Assembly (NCBI GenBank): GCA_950097015.1
Contig: CATNEN010000007.1
Span: 9,176,001-9,240,000, forward strand
DNA from: Macrostomum hystrix
Lineage: Eukaryota > Animalia > Platyhelminthes
DNA: 64,000 bases
Direction: 5' to 3'
Shown here: in pieces, positions 59,102 through 64,000 of the stretch
Position numbering within the stretch: position 1 is the first letter of the stretch
How the letters are laid out: every line of letters starts with the position of its first letter
Notes under the pieces: model-generated
Database searches by the model: none
What the model was told of the DNA's origin: nothing
The model's input: the letters and a program-made list of their open reading frames with translations, nothing else
Made by a program: the position numbers and the translations under genes

Positions 59102-60406
59102 ATAGTGATGGGAAGGGCAAATGTTTGTATGTGGGTGAATAGTACAATCGTGGTGCAATCGTGCTGATAAAATCTTTCCAATTAATTTAAGAAGCCAACC
59201 CATTAACCGAGCAGGTTTTCGGTGGTACGAGCAGCAGGGATGTTAGATAAGCAGGAAGAGACCCAACTAAATGGTCCAGCATATGCAAGCGCACGAACAT
59301 GGCAGCCAAACAAATGCGGGTGAATGCAAACAAACTGGGGCGGTGCGCTCTGGAATCCTAAAAACCCGGATGCAGAGAGCGCTGAGATGGGAGCCGCATA
59401 AATTTGCCCACCCGGACGGCCCTTCATCTTCTCGAATTGGCAGGCGGAGGGGTGCGGCCGGAGTTCTCGGATCTGGCTCTGACGGCGACTCGGCCGCTGA
59501 TTTACAAGGCTGGCTTCGATTTATCGGAAAGCCAGACGGCTGCACTCTTGCTGTTATTCATCGTGCGCGGCCTACCGAATTGAGCAGCCGAAACTGCACC
59601 GAATTAGGATTTCACATTTTCATGGAGGGCGATTGTGGATACATTAATTCTGCGCCGCTAGAGGATCGGATACAATGCGGATTGAAAATGATTTCGAAAC
59701 TATTGCAATTCCATTGCGCTACGCCCAGAATGTAGCCGAGAAACTGTGAGTTGAGACATTGCTGCCAACGTCAATCAAACTCATTAGGCATTTCCGGACG
59801 CTGAGTCGGCAGCTCCGTGGCAAGCAGTAAACAAGCGCACAAGGAAGTGTCTGCGGCAGGAAAATATTTTTCTGCAGACTAAAACTCGCCTCGTCTTACT
59901 GAGCTCCGTTGGAAAATATCGAAATATCGGGGGCCGATCACGCACAAGGAGACCCGGGGGACGGAGCTGCTCAAGACTACTCACCGCTGCAGGGGCGGAA
60001 GGCAGCAAAGGGGGAAATCAGTCTGTGCTTCTGCCTTTCTGCCGAGTAATTATTACTTCTAGTTGCCGCGTGAATACGGTCACAGAGAGAGGGAGAGAGA
60101 GCGGTTGGATAACTGCCTGGGCCAGGCGGGGCTCACACAGGAAGCCGCGGTGGCGACTAGAAGGAAGAGAGCGAAAGAATGAGCGACCTGAGAGTGCAGA
60201 CATTGTGACAATAATAGGAAGCAATAAAAAACTGCGGCAGACAAGACATTAAGGTCCTGAAGCCAGCGAGACAGGGCCAGATAAAAAAACTGCAGATTGA
60301 AAACTGATCGACGGGTGGTTAAGCAGCGAGCCCTGAGGGTCCGAGGAGCCGGAGGTCAGGCTGTCTCTTCCGCAAGATAGCCGCAGATTCTGCGACCCTT
60401 CATTCA

Positions 60407-61357
<951 letters not shown>

Positions 61358-61690
61358 TGGGATACAATATTGAAGTTCGTGTCTGTACCGCGGGCCGGAG
61401 GTTGCCTCTAGAAAGTGCATTACATTTTATTGCTCGCAATGCATGGCTTATTTGCCACTATTGGATGAAGATATCTGGATACGATGTCTCACGGGACACT
61501 GCAGGTCAGCCCCATGGAGTTGGGGTTTTATTATGCCCCAGCCCGTGCATTATCCCAGAAGCAGCCACTGCCTGGCAATATCCACAGCAAACACTCTTTG
61601 ATCCCTGATCGGCCGGTGTCGCTGCCAGCCGGGGTCAAGCAAATATTCGGTAGCTAATTTCCCTTGAGGGGCCGCTACACCAGCTTCCCC

Positions 61691-61893
<203 letters not shown>

Positions 61894-63047
61894 CGAGTAT
61901 ATGTCTATCTATCTATCTATCTATCTGTCTGTCTGTCTATCCAGGTGTGACTAAAACCTGCCACTGAGCTAGAAGTTCATCTCGGGCAGCCAGCCAGACA
62001 GCAACCTCAGCCACCCAGCAGCCGACAGTTCAATCAGCGGTGCAGGCGGGGTGTCTGCGGGGACCCGAAGTCGGTCTTCCCTCCCACTCCGCCAAATCCC
62101 GGCAACAAAAGTTGGGGATAAAAATAGATTTGCAGCGTTAAGAGGCCGCGCGCTAACGGCCTTCCCTTTAAAAGGGAAGATTTTTGGAAGAAGTTTAGCG
62201 GCCTCAGAAACTACTTCTTGTTATGGGGGCCGAGGGGAGGAGAGGCAAGGAAGGGAAGAATGCTAAATAGACGCCGCCGCGTCAGTCTCCCGGAGATCGC
62301 TGGAATCGGCACCGAGAATCTCTATCTCTACCCGCCCAGGCTGGCTGCAGCGGTGGGGTGGGGGTGCAGCGATGAGGCGGTGCCTGACTAAGCCAGGACT
62401 TGCAGGCTGGGGAAAGGAAGGGGGAGAGCGGGGGGAGGAGACAGCGTACAAGTTTTCCCATTTTTACTCTCTGGATTTCTTCACGTCAGCTTGCATGTTG
62501 GCTCACGCTGCAGGGCGACACGGCGAATGCCGCGGGGGCCCCACGGCTGGGGCTTGGCAAACCTGGGAAAAAGCAAACTGCCAGGGCCTCGGTGACTCAG
62601 GCCATGCGCTGGGGGAGGGGGTGGGGTGCCTGGCAACTCCGCCGCGCTGACTCACGACTAGCGGGGGTCCGGGATCGGTAAATCCCTTCGCGCACTTTGG
62701 CACGCAGGTCAGTCCAAGTCGCTTTGAAGTAGATTAGCGAGCCTTTCCCGACTGCCTGTCTGCGATGTTGACCGGGCCAAATCGTTTGCTCGCTGGCTGC
62801 TCAAACTGAAGACTAAGTGTAGCTTTGACTGTCTCTATTAGTGAGTTTCTGTATGTTTCTGCCGCGGCCAAGTAATTTCTTGCTTGTTGCCTCCCCATTA
62901 TTTGCTTAGCAGTTTTCCATGCCGTTTCCCCTGAGCTGAGTACCCCGGTAGCTCGCCTTAACTTTGCACCGATCAGCTAAGGAGCTCTAGATGAGTGGAC
63001 CGAAAACTCCTCACATAGTGGCGGGTTGGCTATTCAATATCGGGTGC

Positions 63048-64000
63048 ATCTTGTCTGCCCGTTCTGAGTGTCTGTCTGCCCGCTCTGAGTGTCTTGTCTG
63101 CCCGCTCTGAGTGTCTTGTCTGCCCGTTCTGAGTGTCTTGTCTGCCTGTTCTGAGTGTCTTGTCGGCCTGTTCTGAGTGTCTTGTCTGTCGGTTCTGAGT
63201 GTCTTGTCTGCCCGCTCTGAGTGTCTTGTCTGCCCGTTCTGAGTGTCTTGTCTGCCCGTTCTGAGTGTCTTGTCTGCCCGTTCTGAGTGTCTTGTCTGCC
63301 CGTTCTGAGTGTCTTGTCTGCCCGTTCTGAGTGTCTTGTCTGTCTGTTCTGAGTGTCTTGTCTGCCCGTTCTGAGTGTCTTGTCTGTCTGTTCTGAGTGT
63401 CTTGTCTGTCTGTTCTGAGTGTCTGTCTGTCTGTTGTGAGTGTCTTGTCCGCCCGTTCTCAGCGTCTTGTCTGCCCGTTCTGAGTGTCTTGTCTGCCCGT
63501 TCTGAGTGTCTTGTCTGTCTGTTCTGAGTGTCTTGTCTGTCTGTTCTGCGTGGCTTGTCTGTCTGTTCTGAGTGTCTTGTCTGTCTGTTCTGAGCGTCTT
63601 GTCTGCCCGTTCTGAGTGTCTTGTCTGTCTGTTCTGAGCGTCTTGTCTGCCCGTTCTGAGTGTCTTGTCTGCCCGTTCTGAGTGTCTTGTCTGCCTGTTC
63701 TGAGTGTCTTGTCGGCCTGTTCTGAGTGTCTTGTCTGTCGGTTCTGAGTGTCTTGTCTGCCCGCTCTGAGTGTCTTGTCTGCCCGTTCTGAGTGTCTTGT
63801 CTGCCCGTTCTGAGTGTCTTGTCTGCCCGTTCTGAGTGTCTTGTCTGCCCGTTCTGAGTGTCTTGTCTGTCTGTTCTGAGTGTCTTGTCTGCCCGTTCTG
63901 AGTGTCTTGTCTGTCTGTTCTGAGTGTCTTGTCTGTCTGTTCTGAGTGTCTGTCTGTCTGTTGTGAGTGTCTTGTCCGCCCGTTCTGAGCGTCTTATCTG
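63048..64000. repeat. 22-bp minisatellite GTCTTGTCTGCCCGTTCTGAGT (runs off the window end)
   Basis: Tandem copies. Confidence 0.95.

Overview
Eukaryotic invertebrate genomic DNA. The innexin, GC-rich Ala/Gly-rich exons and minisatellite-filled introns resemble the flatworm Macrostomum; this is an inference, not proven. Left to right: (1) a 5'-truncated GABA-B receptor (R2-like) gene on +, 18 phase-consistent exons at 616-14994, including one GC-AG intron; (2) a convergent Bicaudal-D gene on -, ATG at 36166, 7 exons plus candidate alternative last exons; (3) a two-exon DMSR/myosuppressin-receptor-like peptide GPCR on + at 45411-48287; (4) an intact, very young Ty3/Gypsy (Mag-like) LTR retrotransposon at 50094-55161, with apparently identical 334-bp LTRs, GTATT TSD, PBS, PPT and a single 1420-aa gag-pol ORF; (5) the large 3' exon of an innexin on -. 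About 30 tandem arrays occur, mostly in introns, along with tRNA/CORE-type SINE remnants. Top finding: each LTR carries three perfect heat-shock elements about 40 bp apart, directly upstream of a TATA box. This hsp70-like promoter suggests an HSF-controlled, ONSEN-like heat-activated retrotransposon in an animal. Most long ORFs in the supplied track are artefacts of tandem repeats.
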